From: Candidatus Zixiibacteriota bacterium | GTDB lineage: Bacteria > RBG-13-66-14 > B26-G2 > WVWN01 | Reading direction: 5' to 3' | NCBI GenBank assembly: GCA_050117845.1 | Contig: JASFLY010000001.1 | Location: forward strand, 256,001-320,000 | Length of the DNA stretch: 64,000 nt | Shown: positions 28,088 to 37,155 of the stretch, one piece after another | Numbering within the stretch: the first letter of the stretch is position 1 | Layout: each line of letters begins with the position of its first letter | Notes under the pieces: model-generated | Databases searched by the model: none | What the model saw: the letters and a program-made list of their open reading frames with translations, nothing else | Told to the model about the DNA's origin: nothing | Translations under genes and position numbers: made by a program

Positions 28088-29554
28088 TTAGCAGTTTCTC
28101 TTTATGGTATTACGGAGGGTGCCGTCGGCCTCGTAAATATCGAGCTCGAGCGGCATTTTCCCGGGCAGCGAGTGCGTCGCGCAGGCCATACACGGATCGT
28201 AGGCCCGGAAAGCCATCTCGACGATGTTGAGGTGGCCCTCTTCGACTACTCCGCCCTTTATAACGCCCTTCGCGGCGTTGCGTACGGCGAGGTTGATGCC
28301 GGCGTAGTTATGAGTCGTGGCGACGATGAGATTCATGTCGGTGATGATACCGTTCTCGTCGGTATTGTAGTCGTGGATCAGGTGGCCCCGGGCGGCTTCG
28401 ATAACGCCTACGCCGCGGCCGGGGGTCTCGGTCGGGATGTTGCGGATGTGGGGATCCAGGATCTCGTCGTCGTTCATCGCCTCGAGCCACAGCTCGGCGC
28501 CCTGACAGCCCTCGATGATGCGGGCCCAGTGGTACGCGAGCGTGGCGTGCACCGGCTTGCCGCCCAGCGTATCGTACATCTTCTCGAACTCGGCCTGGGC
28601 CAGCGGCGTTTGCATCCCGTCGGAGGCGTTGAGCCTCGCGAGCGGGCCGCCGCGGTAAATGCCGGAATCCTTCCCGGTTACCCAGCCTTTCCAGCCCACA
28701 TTCTTGAGGTACGTGACCTTGAGGTAGGTCCACGGCTCCACGCGCTCCTCGAAGTGGTCGAGGTACTCGGAGGGATGGAACTTGGCGAACTCGTTCCCCT
28801 CCGGGTCGACGATGCGCGTCATGCCGTCGTAGAAGTCCACCTTGTTGTCGTCGGTCACGAGGCCCACGTAGTAGGTCTCCTGGCCCCCGAAGGCTTCGGA
28901 CAGGACGAGGTCCACGTACTCCTGGTTCTTCAGGACGACGTCCTCGAAGAGCTGGAACGTGAACTTGGAGAACTCCACCGCCTCTTCGGCGTGCTTCCGC
29001 ATCTCCTCGCGGGCCTCGGGGTCGAGGGGCCGCGAAATACCGCCCGGAAGGGCGATGATGGGGTGCGTTCGTTTGCCGCCGAAGTACTTCATGACGTCTA
29101 TGGATTTGGCGCGCATCTCGATGACCTTGGCGCCTATCTCCAGTCCCACCTTGCCTACGACGCCGAGGATGTTCCGCTCGGCCGGGTCGGCCATGGGTCC
29201 CAAAACGAAATCGGGGGCCGCGAGGTAGTAGAAATGCAGGAGGTGGTCGTAGAAAGTGTACGAGTTGTATATCATCCGCCGGAGTCTCTCGCCGTTGGGC
29301 GGAAGTTCTACCCGGTAAACCGCGTCATTTGCCTTCGCACCTGCGAAGTGATGGACTAAGGGTCAAACGCCGCAGATACGGGGCGTGATCCGGGGTACCT
29401 CTTCCACCGGCCGGCCCACGCAGAATTGCTCGAAGCCGCGCAGCTCCGGTATCTGAAGGTACGCCTCGGCCACGTCGCCCGCGTCGTCCAAAAAGATCGC
29501 GATCTTGCCGTGCCCTTCGAGGCGAGAGATAGGGTCTATCTCGATTTTTTTCAT
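28088..29554 (-). CDS. mvhA: Group 3c [NiFe(Se)] hydrogenase large subunit with in-frame TGA (probable Sec64) in L1: RICGVU
   Basis: ORFs 29363-29554 and 28088-29275 share one frame, interrupted only by TGA at 29363-29365. The 488-aa read-through is collinear with the Cys copy, and a SECIS-like hairpin follows the TGA. Confidence 0.87.
29324..29362 (-). promoter_or_regulatory. Bacterial SECIS-like element
   Basis: UGA-14 nt-CUUCGC[AGGU]GCGAAG (29348-29333), with a lower GUC/GAC stem. The loop starts 20 nt after the UGA. Confidence 0.8.
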
Positions 29555-29622
29555 AACCTTCTCTCCGTAAGGTTAATCGGGCTTAACTTGCGTATATCCG
29601 TGGCGCCGCCGTGAGCGGCGCG

Positions 29623-30606
29623 CTAGTCTTCCTCTTTTTTATCGAACTCGCCGCGCTGGACGCCCAGAAGCGACTTGGCCAGGCCGAAGCGATAGAAGTA
29701 CCCGGCCGGGTCGTCCAGCTTGCCGAGGATATTGTCGGCTTCCTCGTCGGTGTCGGCCACGGTGATGGAGGCGATGGCCGAGGCCAGCTTGGCTCCCATG
29801 TCGTCGACCTTGTCGGTGGGGCCGAAGCAGCCGCGGCAGGCCTGGCCGGCCACGATGCACGCCGCCTCGCAGCCGTCGCGCGTCGCCGGCCCGCAGCACA
29901 TTATCCCCTGCTCGAGCAGGCATTTCTCCGGGTCGTTCTCGACGAGGTGAATGCGCTTGAACTCCTTGACCTGTTTCTCCTCGGAGCGCGTCCGCGGACA
30001 CTCGTCGCACACGGCCTTGGTGCCGGCGATGACCGTGCCCTTGGGCGGAAGTTCGCCCGAGGCCACCGCCTCGACCGCCGCGATTATCCACTTCGGCTGG
30101 GGCGGGCATCCCGGGAGGTAGTAGTCCACGTCGATGACCTGGTCGAGAGCGTAGGTCCGGTCCATCGCCCGGGGGAGGGTGAGTTCGCCTTCCGGAGCCT
30201 CGAACGAGGTCTGGGGCCGGGTGCCCTCGGGGTTGTTGACCGACGGGACGGTGTCGTACATCCGGTGCGCGAGCTGTTCCGTGGTCCAGAAATTCCCCAG
30301 GGACGGAATGCCGCCCATCTGGGCGCACGCGCCGAAGGCCACGATGAACGCGCTCTTTTGCCGGAGCAGTTTGGCGTGGTGCACGTCGTGGTCGGTGCGA
30401 ACCGCGCCGTTGAAGAAACCGACCGTAACGCTGCCGTCCGGCAGGGCTTCCAGGTGATGGTCTTTGAAATCGAGCGCCGTGGGCCAGTAGACGATGTCGG
30501 CGAGTTCGGCCACCTTGAGGATGACCTCGTCGATGTCCACTATGGCGATTTCGCAGCCGCCGCAGCTTGCGGAGGGCATGAACGCGAACTTGAATTTATC
30601 AGGCAT
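29623..30606 (-). CDS. mvhG: [NiFe] hydrogenase small subunit
   Basis: SCGGCE, FGACA..GGI, LPGCPP, VCDECP, CLLEQG..CCGP...CRGCFG. Confidence 0.92.
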   Translation of the reverse strand: MPDKFKFAFMPSASCGGCEIAIVDIDEVILKVAELADIVYWPTALDFKDHHLEALPDGSVTVGFFNGAVRTDHDVHHAKLLRQKSAFIVAFGACAQMGGIPSLGNFWTTEQLAHRMYDTVPSVNNPEGTRPQTSFEAPEGELTLPRAMDRTYALDQVIDVDYYLPGCPPQPKWIIAAVEAVASGELPPKGTVIAGTKAVCDECPRTRSEEKQVKEFKRIHLVENDPEKCLLEQGIMCCGPATRDGCEAACIVAGQACRGCFGPTDKVDDMGAKLASAIASITVADTDEEADNILGKLDDPAGYFYRFGLAKSLLGVQRGEFDKKEED

Positions 30607-31048
30607 GGACTTCCTCCTGGGCTACTGCGGGATCCTCGACTCCCGCCGGTAACGGCCCCAGCTTCCGAATTTCCTCCGTGAAACTGGTAATAACCTCGGC
30701 GAAACGCTGGGCTTCGGAGGCGCTTATCCACTCCAGCCGCAGGCGGTCCGGATTCAAGCCCATTTGCGCCAACACCTTTTTAAGGAGCACTATCCGCCGG
30801 AGGGTTTTGTAGTTCCCCTCCTGGTAATGGCAGTCCCCGGGGTGGCAGCCGCCCACCAGGACGCCGTCGGCGCCGTGGGCGAAAGCGTCCAGGACGAACT
30901 GGGGGTCCACACGTCCGGAGCACATTAACCGCACCGGCCTCACGTTGGTCGGGTATTTGAGGCGGGAAGTGCCGGCCAGGTCCGCGCCGGTATAGGTGCA
31001 CCAGGTACAGAACAAGCCGACGATTTTCGGTTCGAATGTTTCCGACAT
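30599..31048 (-). CDS. mvhD: MvhD [2Fe-2S] subunit (copy 1)
   Basis: FCTWCTYTGAD, MCSGRVD, GCHPGDCHY, EWISASE. Start at MSETFEPK. Confidence 0.92.
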   Translation of the reverse strand: MSETFEPKIVGLFCTWCTYTGADLAGTSRLKYPTNVRPVRLMCSGRVDPQFVLDAFAHGADGVLVGGCHPGDCHYQEGNYKTLRRIVLLKKVLAQMGLNPDRLRLEWISASEAQRFAEVITSFTEEIRKLGPLPAGVEDPAVAQEEVHA

Positions 31049-31097
31049 ACTCGCACCTTCCTCGCAAGAGGGAGTCGTAAAACGAAGGGGGATGCCC

Positions 31098-31523
31098 CTA
31101 AATAAACATCTCCTCACGGGTGGGATTCGGGCCCGCTTCCTTGAGCGACTCGGTCATAGCCGTTACGACGCGCTTAACCTTCGTGCCCTCCGAAGCCGGT
31201 ATCCAGACCAGCTTTAACCGCCGGTTATCGAGTCCCACCGTGTCGAATATCTTTTCAACCATTGCGTAGCGGCGCCGCGTCTGGTAATTGCCCGTTTTGT
31301 AATGGCAATCGCCCGGCGCGCACCCCGCCACCAGAACGCCGTCGGCCCCGGCCAAGAGAGCCCCGAGCCCGAAAACCGGATCGGCCCGGCTCGAGCACAT
31401 CACGCGGACGACCTTCGTCGTGGGCGGCATTTTCAAGCGGCTTACGCCCGCCAGGTCCGCCGCGGTATAAGAACACCACCGGCAGAAGATACCCAGGATA
31501 TCGGGTACGAATTCGTCGCCCAT
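31098..31523 (-). CDS. mvhD: MvhD-like subunit (copy 2)
   Basis: FCRWCSYTAAD, MCSSR, GCAPGDCHY, WIPASEG. Confidence 0.88.
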   Translation of the reverse strand: MGDEFVPDILGIFCRWCSYTAADLAGVSRLKMPPTTKVVRVMCSSRADPVFGLGALLAGADGVLVAGCAPGDCHYKTGNYQTRRRYAMVEKIFDTVGLDNRRLKLVWIPASEGTKVKRVVTAMTESLKEAGPNPTREEMFI

Positions 31524-32638
31524 TATCCGAACCTCTCTTCGCCGATTTCCGTGAGTTCTTCTTCCTCGAAACGTTTGAGGGGCAACTCTTCCTCGGCGTC
31601 CTTGCCCGGGATGTATTCGAAGAGTTCCTGCGCCTCGCCGCCCACCTTCGCGAACAGCGTCGCGACCGGGATATATACCGGGCAGGCGTCCGCGCACATG
31701 CCGCAGCCCACGCACGACGCGCTCATGTGCGTCATGCGGCCGAGGTGGAAGAGTAGCGTGTCGGGCGGCACGCGCGTCCCGGCCTTCCGTTTCAGGTGAA
31801 CCTCGAAGGTCCGGGCCGTCGGCTCGGTCGTCGCCGAATCGAAGTAGCAAACCTCGCAACAACATATGGGGCACACGCTGCGGCAACTGCGACAACCGAC
31901 GCAACGGCCGAAGAGGGCCACCAGACCCTCCAGGCCCGGGGCCGCCAGCGGCTCGCTCGCGAACAGCTCGGCGCGCGCCGCCTCCCGCTTTGTGCGTAAG
32001 GCCTTTACGCCCGCCGTCTCGGCCGTGGCTTCGGCCTCGGCGCCCTCCAAACCTTCGAGGGCCTCTTCACCGCGCGGCGTGTTCGCGACCACGGTTACGG
32101 CGCCGCCGGCACCCACCGCCGCCACTACTACGTCCGCGCCGAACGGCGCGAAGTGCTCGCAGGCCGAACAGGTGGGCCGCAAGCCCTCGGGGACGTCGCC
32201 CTTCGCCAGGGCCTCCCAGTAGGCCGGGAGCTTGTCGGCCAGGCCGCCGTCTAAAACCGCGTCCAGCGGATATACGCCGCCGCACGTCGTACTTATTATA
32301 AGCAGGTTATCGGTATTTATTTGGTTCAGCTTGCCCAGTTCCACGAAGGCCCGCAATTCGCAAGGCCGGAGGAACGCCGCCACCGGCTCCTCGAACCCGG
32401 CAGAGAGCGTAAGGTGGGACAGAACGCCGCCGGCGTTGGCCGGCATGAACGGGTACAGCGGCGTGGCGCGGTCGAGTATGGCCTCGTCGGCCACGAGCTG
32501 GTAGTTTACCTCGCCCGCGGGGCCGGCTTCGACGAGTGTCGTCACGGCCCGCACCTTGCCGGCCGCGAGAAGGGACTTCAAAAGATCGCGTGCCGCGGCG
32601 TTCGCTCCGTCCGCGGCTATGGATATCGCCTTAACCAC
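31523..32638 (-). CDS. FdhB/FrhB-like Fe-S protein (copy 1)
   Basis: RPCELRA, CGG, CSAC, CVGCRSCRSVCPICCCEVC, CVGCGMCADACP. Confidence 0.8.
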   Translation of the reverse strand: MVKAISIAADGANAAARDLLKSLLAAGKVRAVTTLVEAGPAGEVNYQLVADEAILDRATPLYPFMPANAGGVLSHLTLSAGFEEPVAAFLRPCELRAFVELGKLNQINTDNLLIISTTCGGVYPLDAVLDGGLADKLPAYWEALAKGDVPEGLRPTCSACEHFAPFGADVVVAAVGAGGAVTVVANTPRGEEALEGLEGAEAEATAETAGVKALRTKREAARAELFASEPLAAPGLEGLVALFGRCVGCRSCRSVCPICCCEVCYFDSATTEPTARTFEVHLKRKAGTRVPPDTLLFHLGRMTHMSASCVGCGMCADACPVYIPVATLFAKVGGEAQELFEYIPGKDAEEELPLKRFEEEELTEIGEERFG

Positions 32639-33770
32639 TCGTCTTCACCCCCTCCGTCTTCCGCGCTTCCGCGTAGGGCGCCATAACGGCGTTCAGTTCG
32701 TCCACCTGGTAATAGGTCGTGGGCACCGCCTCGGCGCGGTCGCGCCCCGCCTCGTAGTCGAAGGTGGCCTGGGTATTCGCGGCCACGAGGCCGAAGAGCT
32801 CGGCCACCGGGACGTGCGCCGGACAGGCGTCCTCGCACGCGCCGCACGATACGCAGGATAGGGACATGTGCGCCATGCGGCCGAGGTGGAACAGGAACGT
32901 ATCGGTCGGGAGGCGCGCCGCCCCCTTGCGCTGAGCCCGGGCGAGGGTGTTGGCCGCCGGGACCTTCATCGCATCCGAGTCGAAGTAGCACTGGCGGCAG
33001 AAGCATATCGGGCATACGCTGCGGCAGGCGTGGCAGCCGATGCAGCTCACGAGCGTGGCCGCGAGCCCCTCGGCGCCGCCGGCCTCCCCCCGCAACTTAA
33101 CGTGTGCCTCTTCCTTCGCCGCGCGCCGCTTCGCGGTGCGCTTCTTTACCTCGGCCTCCCACTCCTCGACGGGGCCGGCCTCGCCGAGGGACAATGCCTC
33201 GGCCGCGGCCTCCCCCGCCGCCGTCGCCGGCACGATAACGACGCTTCCCTCGGGCACGCCCAGCGTACCGACGTGCAGGTCGGCGGCCGTGTGGGAGAAG
33301 TGGTCGCAAGTCCGGCAAATCGACCGGGCGGGTTCTTCCTCCCCGGGCAGTAGTTTCTTAAACGAATCCTCCCCCGATTCGGGATTGACGACGTAATCCT
33401 TAAGCGGAACCGCGCCGGGACAATCCATGCTGATAAGGACGATGTCGTCCAGAGGCAGCTGGTCGCGCTTGTACAACTCCACCGCCGCTCGCACCTCGCA
33501 GGGCCGCAGGACCGCGGCCACCTTGCCGCTCGTTCCGTGCCGGGCGAGTTTGTAGAGGGCCCGGGCGCCCGAGACCGACATCACTGGCGGCAACGGCGTC
33601 GTGTTCTCCAATACGCCCGCGTCTCGGAGCAGCAACCAGGCGTACGAGTCACCCGCCGGGACCTTCGCGGGCACGAGGACGGCGTCCCATAGGCCGGCTT
33701 CCAACCCGCGCGCGAGCAGGTCGCGTGCGGCCGAGCCGGGATCCGCGCTGGCGTAAGTTATGCCCTTCAT
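32631..33770 (-). CDS. FdhB/FrhB-like Fe-S protein (copy 2)
   Basis: RPCEVRA, DCPG, CRTC, CIGCHACRSVCPICFCRQC, CVSCGACEDACP. Confidence 0.8.
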   Translation of the reverse strand: MKGITYASADPGSAARDLLARGLEAGLWDAVLVPAKVPAGDSYAWLLLRDAGVLENTTPLPPVMSVSGARALYKLARHGTSGKVAAVLRPCEVRAAVELYKRDQLPLDDIVLISMDCPGAVPLKDYVVNPESGEDSFKKLLPGEEEPARSICRTCDHFSHTAADLHVGTLGVPEGSVVIVPATAAGEAAAEALSLGEAGPVEEWEAEVKKRTAKRRAAKEEAHVKLRGEAGGAEGLAATLVSCIGCHACRSVCPICFCRQCYFDSDAMKVPAANTLARAQRKGAARLPTDTFLFHLGRMAHMSLSCVSCGACEDACPAHVPVAELFGLVAANTQATFDYEAGRDRAEAVPTTYYQVDELNAVMAPYAEARKTEGVKTSG

Positions 33771-34192
33771 GTCGTCGTTATCCCGTTCAACGGGTTAGGT
33801 CCAATTCCTTTTAGGTGTTCGTTGAACTCCGCGGCGGTGTCCACGAAACGGCGGCCTTCGCCGTGGGCCACGAAACGGAACCACAGCCGGTCCTCGCCCA
33901 GGTCGAGCGCGTCCAGTATGGACTTCGCAAGCGCTATGCGCCGCCGGGCGTGGTAGTTCCCCTCTTCGTAGTGGCAGTCACCCGGGTGACAGCCGCTCAC
34001 CGCGACGCCGTCGGCGCCCTCCAGCAAAGCGCGGAGGATGTGGACCGCGGGAAGTGAACCGGTGCAATTGACGCGGTAGAGCAGGACGTTCGCGGGGTAC
34101 TTCAAGCCGTGGGCCCGGGCGCTCTCGGAGCCGCCGCTGCCACACCAACTGCACAGCACGTAAAGTAGCTTGGGTTCGTACCCTTCGGCCAT
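33767..34192 (-). CDS. mvhD: MvhD-like subunit (copy 3, divergent)
   Basis: LCSWC, VNCTG, GCHPGDCHY. Confidence 0.82.
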   Translation of the reverse strand: MAEGYEPKLLYVLCSWCGSGGSESARAHGLKYPANVLLYRVNCTGSLPAVHILRALLEGADGVAVSGCHPGDCHYEEGNYHARRRIALAKSILDALDLGEDRLWFRFVAHGEGRRFVDTAAEFNEHLKGIGPNPLNGITTT

Positions 34193-34201
34193 AAAAGCCC
34201 C

Positions 34202-37138
34202 TTAAGACAGGACGGCGTCGAGTGTAGCTATGCTTTGTATCCCCGTAAAGTCCCGCAGGAACGAGGCGTCGTTCGGGCAGGCGGCCACGCAGGTGCCGCA
34301 GGAGTCGCACAGGAACGGCCTGACGAAAGCCACCTTCTTGCGAACGTCGATGGCGCGGGCGCCGTACGGACAGACGTCGACGCACACGCCACAGCCCATG
34401 CACAACGCGTCCTTCACGCCGGCCACGAAAGCGGCGTTCGGCGGCGGCATCTTCTTTTTCCCGAGCATGACTATAGCCCGCCCCGCGGCGTCGCGCGCCG
34501 TGAGCAGTATTCCCTGGAAGGGCCGCGGCGAGTGGGCCAGGCCGGCGGCGAAAACGCCGTTGGTGGCCAGCTCGAACGGCTTGGTCAAACGCTTAATCGC
34601 TTCCTCGAAGGGGAAGGCGTTGGCGTCGCTGTCGAAGAAGCCGTCCGCGTCCAGCGGAAGGCCGAACATCGCCGAGAGGGCCTCGTTGTTCTCCCGCTCC
34701 GGGACTACGCCGACGCTGAGCACCACGGCCTTCGCGGCGAGCGCTTCGCCGTCCGCGAGCTTGACCGTAAGGCCCTTCTTGCCGGCCTCGACCGTCGGGT
34801 AGGCGTCCTCGTCGAAGCGGCTGAACTTCACCCCGGCCTTTTGGGCTCGACGGTAGAGGTCATCCTCGGCGCCGTAGGTAACCATGTCGCGGTACAGCAC
34901 CGTAACCTTGGCGCCGCCCTCGGACAGCGCCAACGCGTTACGCAGGGCCTGGGCGCAACACACCCGGGAGCAGTAGGGCCTCTCGGGGATGCGCGAGCCG
35001 ACGCACTGAATCATCACCACGTCGCCCCCCGGCTTCTCGCCGGCCGCCAGCTTCTCGGCCAACTCCCGTTGCGTCATTACGCGGTCGTCGTCGCCGTAGC
35101 CGAAGCCCTCGGGGCGGTACTCGCGCGCGCCGGTAGCCAACACCACGATGCCGAAGCGCTCGACCACGTCCCCGTCCTTCGTCTCGATCCTGACGTTGTA
35201 GTTGCCCGCGTATCCGCTCGCGGCGGCGGGGGTAGCGCCGGTATGCACCGTTATACGCTCGTTCTCCCCCACGCGTTTCGTCAGTTCGTCCAGGTACGCC
35301 CGCTCTTCGCCGTCGAGGCCGACCGGGTTGCCGCCCGGCCGTTCGCCGCGGTCCACCAGCGTCACGTCGAAGCCGCCGGCCGCGATGCCCTCCGCGGCCG
35401 CCAAGCCGGCCAGGCCGCCGCCCACCACCAGCGCCCGGGGCGTGAAGGCGTCGGTCTCGAGGGGTTCCTGGTAGGCGCGTTTGGCCGCCTCCACCGCGCC
35501 GCGGATGAGCGATAGCCCCTTGGCCTGCATTCCGGCCGGGTCGTCGTGGGCGTCGATTACGTCTTCGCGGAGCGAAACCAGCCGAAGCAGAAGCGGGCTC
35601 AAGCCGGCCATCATCGCCGTTTTGCGATACTTCAACAGCTTCTGCAGCGGCGTGCATACGGCGAGGACCACGCGGTTCACGCCGGACTCTTTTATTCTTT
35701 CGGCGGTGGCCTTCATCGTGGGGGGCGTGCAACAGCCCTCGACGATTTCGGCGTGGCCTACGCCGCCCAGGGCCGCCGCTTGCTCGCGCAACGCTTCCAG
35801 GTCCATCCGCTCGGAAAAGGTCCCGTGGCAGGAGCAAATGAACACGCCGACGTTGGGAACCTCGCCGCTAACGTTCCGCAGCTCCGGAGGCGGCGCCGGC
35901 TTGAAGTTCTTTTCTCCCAGGTACGCCGAGACCTCGGGCAGGAGGGCGCAACCCTCCCACACCGTCTCGGGATTGCCCTTTACGCCGGAGCATTCGCCGA
36001 CGCAGAAGACCCCCGGGACCTCCGTTTCGGTGGAGGAGAACGAGCGCAGGCGGCAGAAACCCCGTTCGTCGGGCTTGATACCCGTGACCGCGGTTATGCT
36101 CTCCATCGTCGCCGGCGATTTCTGGCCCGTTACCAATATGACGAGTTCGGCCTCGTACTTCTCGCCCTTGGCGCCTCGTTTAAATTTGACGACGGCGCCC
36201 TTGCCCTTGGGTTCGGCCGTAACGGCCTCGGCCCGAATGAACTCCACGCCGGCCTCGCGGGCCTTCAGGTACTGGCGATAGTGGCCTTTGCCAAAGCCGC
36301 GGTAGTCGGAGAGGAACACCGTAATTTCGGCCTCGGGCATCAATTCCTTGATTTTGGCGGCGCGGTACGCGGCCGTAACCGATAGGTTGTAATTTTCGTA
36401 CTCCACGCCCGGCCCGTTGAAATGGGGCGTTACTATAATGGCGAACTTGGCGGGGACTTCGCCCGAGGGCAACCGCACGGCGTCCTTCACGAAATTGGTC
36501 AGCAGGGACCGTCCCGCGACTTCCGCGTTGCTCACAATCGCCGGCGACTTCCCCGCGCCGAAGGCCGCGAGGTCCTCGTCGGTAGGGGACTCGTATTCGC
36601 ACGCGACGATGATGGCTCCCACGTCGGCCTCGACGGTCTCCTCCGGCCGCTCTATTTTGATGCAGGACGTGGGGCAGACTTCCTCGCACTTGCCGCACTT
36701 CGTGCAGTGCTCTTCGTCGACGACGTAGATGTTCTCCCACCCGGCCTCGGGAACGACGGTTATGGCCTTACGGCCGTCGACCTCCACCGGGCACACCTCG
36801 ACGCACTTGTCGCACTCGATGCACGCGAAGTTGTTGACGTACTGGTCTTTTTTCTTAAATTTAACCTTGAACCCGCCGGCTTCGCCCTCCACGGACAGAA
36901 GCTCGGCGTTGTAATTATCGGTCAGACAACCCAGCGCCTTGAAGAGGCGCTGCGGCATATGGCCACATATCCAGCAGAAGTCGAGCGGGAGCTGGGCGAG
37001 AGCCTGGTACTTAATCTCGTCGACGTAACGCCCGCGGTTGAGCAGGACGACCTTATGGCCGTCCTTGCAAAGGGCGTAGGCCGCGCGGTAGCCGGCCAGG
37101 TTCGTCCCGTAGACTAATACGCTGCTCTCTTTGGCCAT
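34202..37138 (-). CDS. hdrA: Large HdrA-like flavoprotein with two tandem modules
   Basis: Second module has VGVFICSC, GGGLAG, QCVGSR..YCSRVCC and a C-terminal ferredoxin. First module is degenerate. Start at MAKESS. Confidence 0.82.
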   Translation of the reverse strand: MAKESSVLVYGTNLAGYRAAYALCKDGHKVVLLNRGRYVDEIKYQALAQLPLDFCWICGHMPQRLFKALGCLTDNYNAELLSVEGEAGGFKVKFKKKDQYVNNFACIECDKCVEVCPVEVDGRKAITVVPEAGWENIYVVDEEHCTKCGKCEEVCPTSCIKIERPEETVEADVGAIIVACEYESPTDEDLAAFGAGKSPAIVSNAEVAGRSLLTNFVKDAVRLPSGEVPAKFAIIVTPHFNGPGVEYENYNLSVTAAYRAAKIKELMPEAEITVFLSDYRGFGKGHYRQYLKAREAGVEFIRAEAVTAEPKGKGAVVKFKRGAKGEKYEAELVILVTGQKSPATMESITAVTGIKPDERGFCRLRSFSSTETEVPGVFCVGECSGVKGNPETVWEGCALLPEVSAYLGEKNFKPAPPPELRNVSGEVPNVGVFICSCHGTFSERMDLEALREQAAALGGVGHAEIVEGCCTPPTMKATAERIKESGVNRVVLAVCTPLQKLLKYRKTAMMAGLSPLLLRLVSLREDVIDAHDDPAGMQAKGLSLIRGAVEAAKRAYQEPLETDAFTPRALVVGGGLAGLAAAEGIAAGGFDVTLVDRGERPGGNPVGLDGEERAYLDELTKRVGENERITVHTGATPAAASGYAGNYNVRIETKDGDVVERFGIVVLATGAREYRPEGFGYGDDDRVMTQRELAEKLAAGEKPGGDVVMIQCVGSRIPERPYCSRVCCAQALRNALALSEGGAKVTVLYRDMVTYGAEDDLYRRAQKAGVKFSRFDEDAYPTVEAGKKGLTVKLADGEALAAKAVVLSVGVVPERENNEALSAMFGLPLDADGFFDSDANAFPFEEAIKRLTKPFELATNGVFAAGLAHSPRPFQGILLTARDAAGRAIVMLGKKKMPPPNAAFVAGVKDALCMGCGVCVDVCPYGARAIDVRKKVAFVRPFLCDSCGTCVAACPNDASFLRDFTGIQSIATLDAVLS

Positions 37139-37155
37139 TACGCCATCAGCTCCGA

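Noticed and set aside
28088..29554. Upstream mvhA as a pseudogene or as two separate genes
   Set aside because: The single TGA falls exactly on a catalytic Cys, a copy-specific hairpin follows, and there is no other decay. Recoding is more parsimonious, though unproven.
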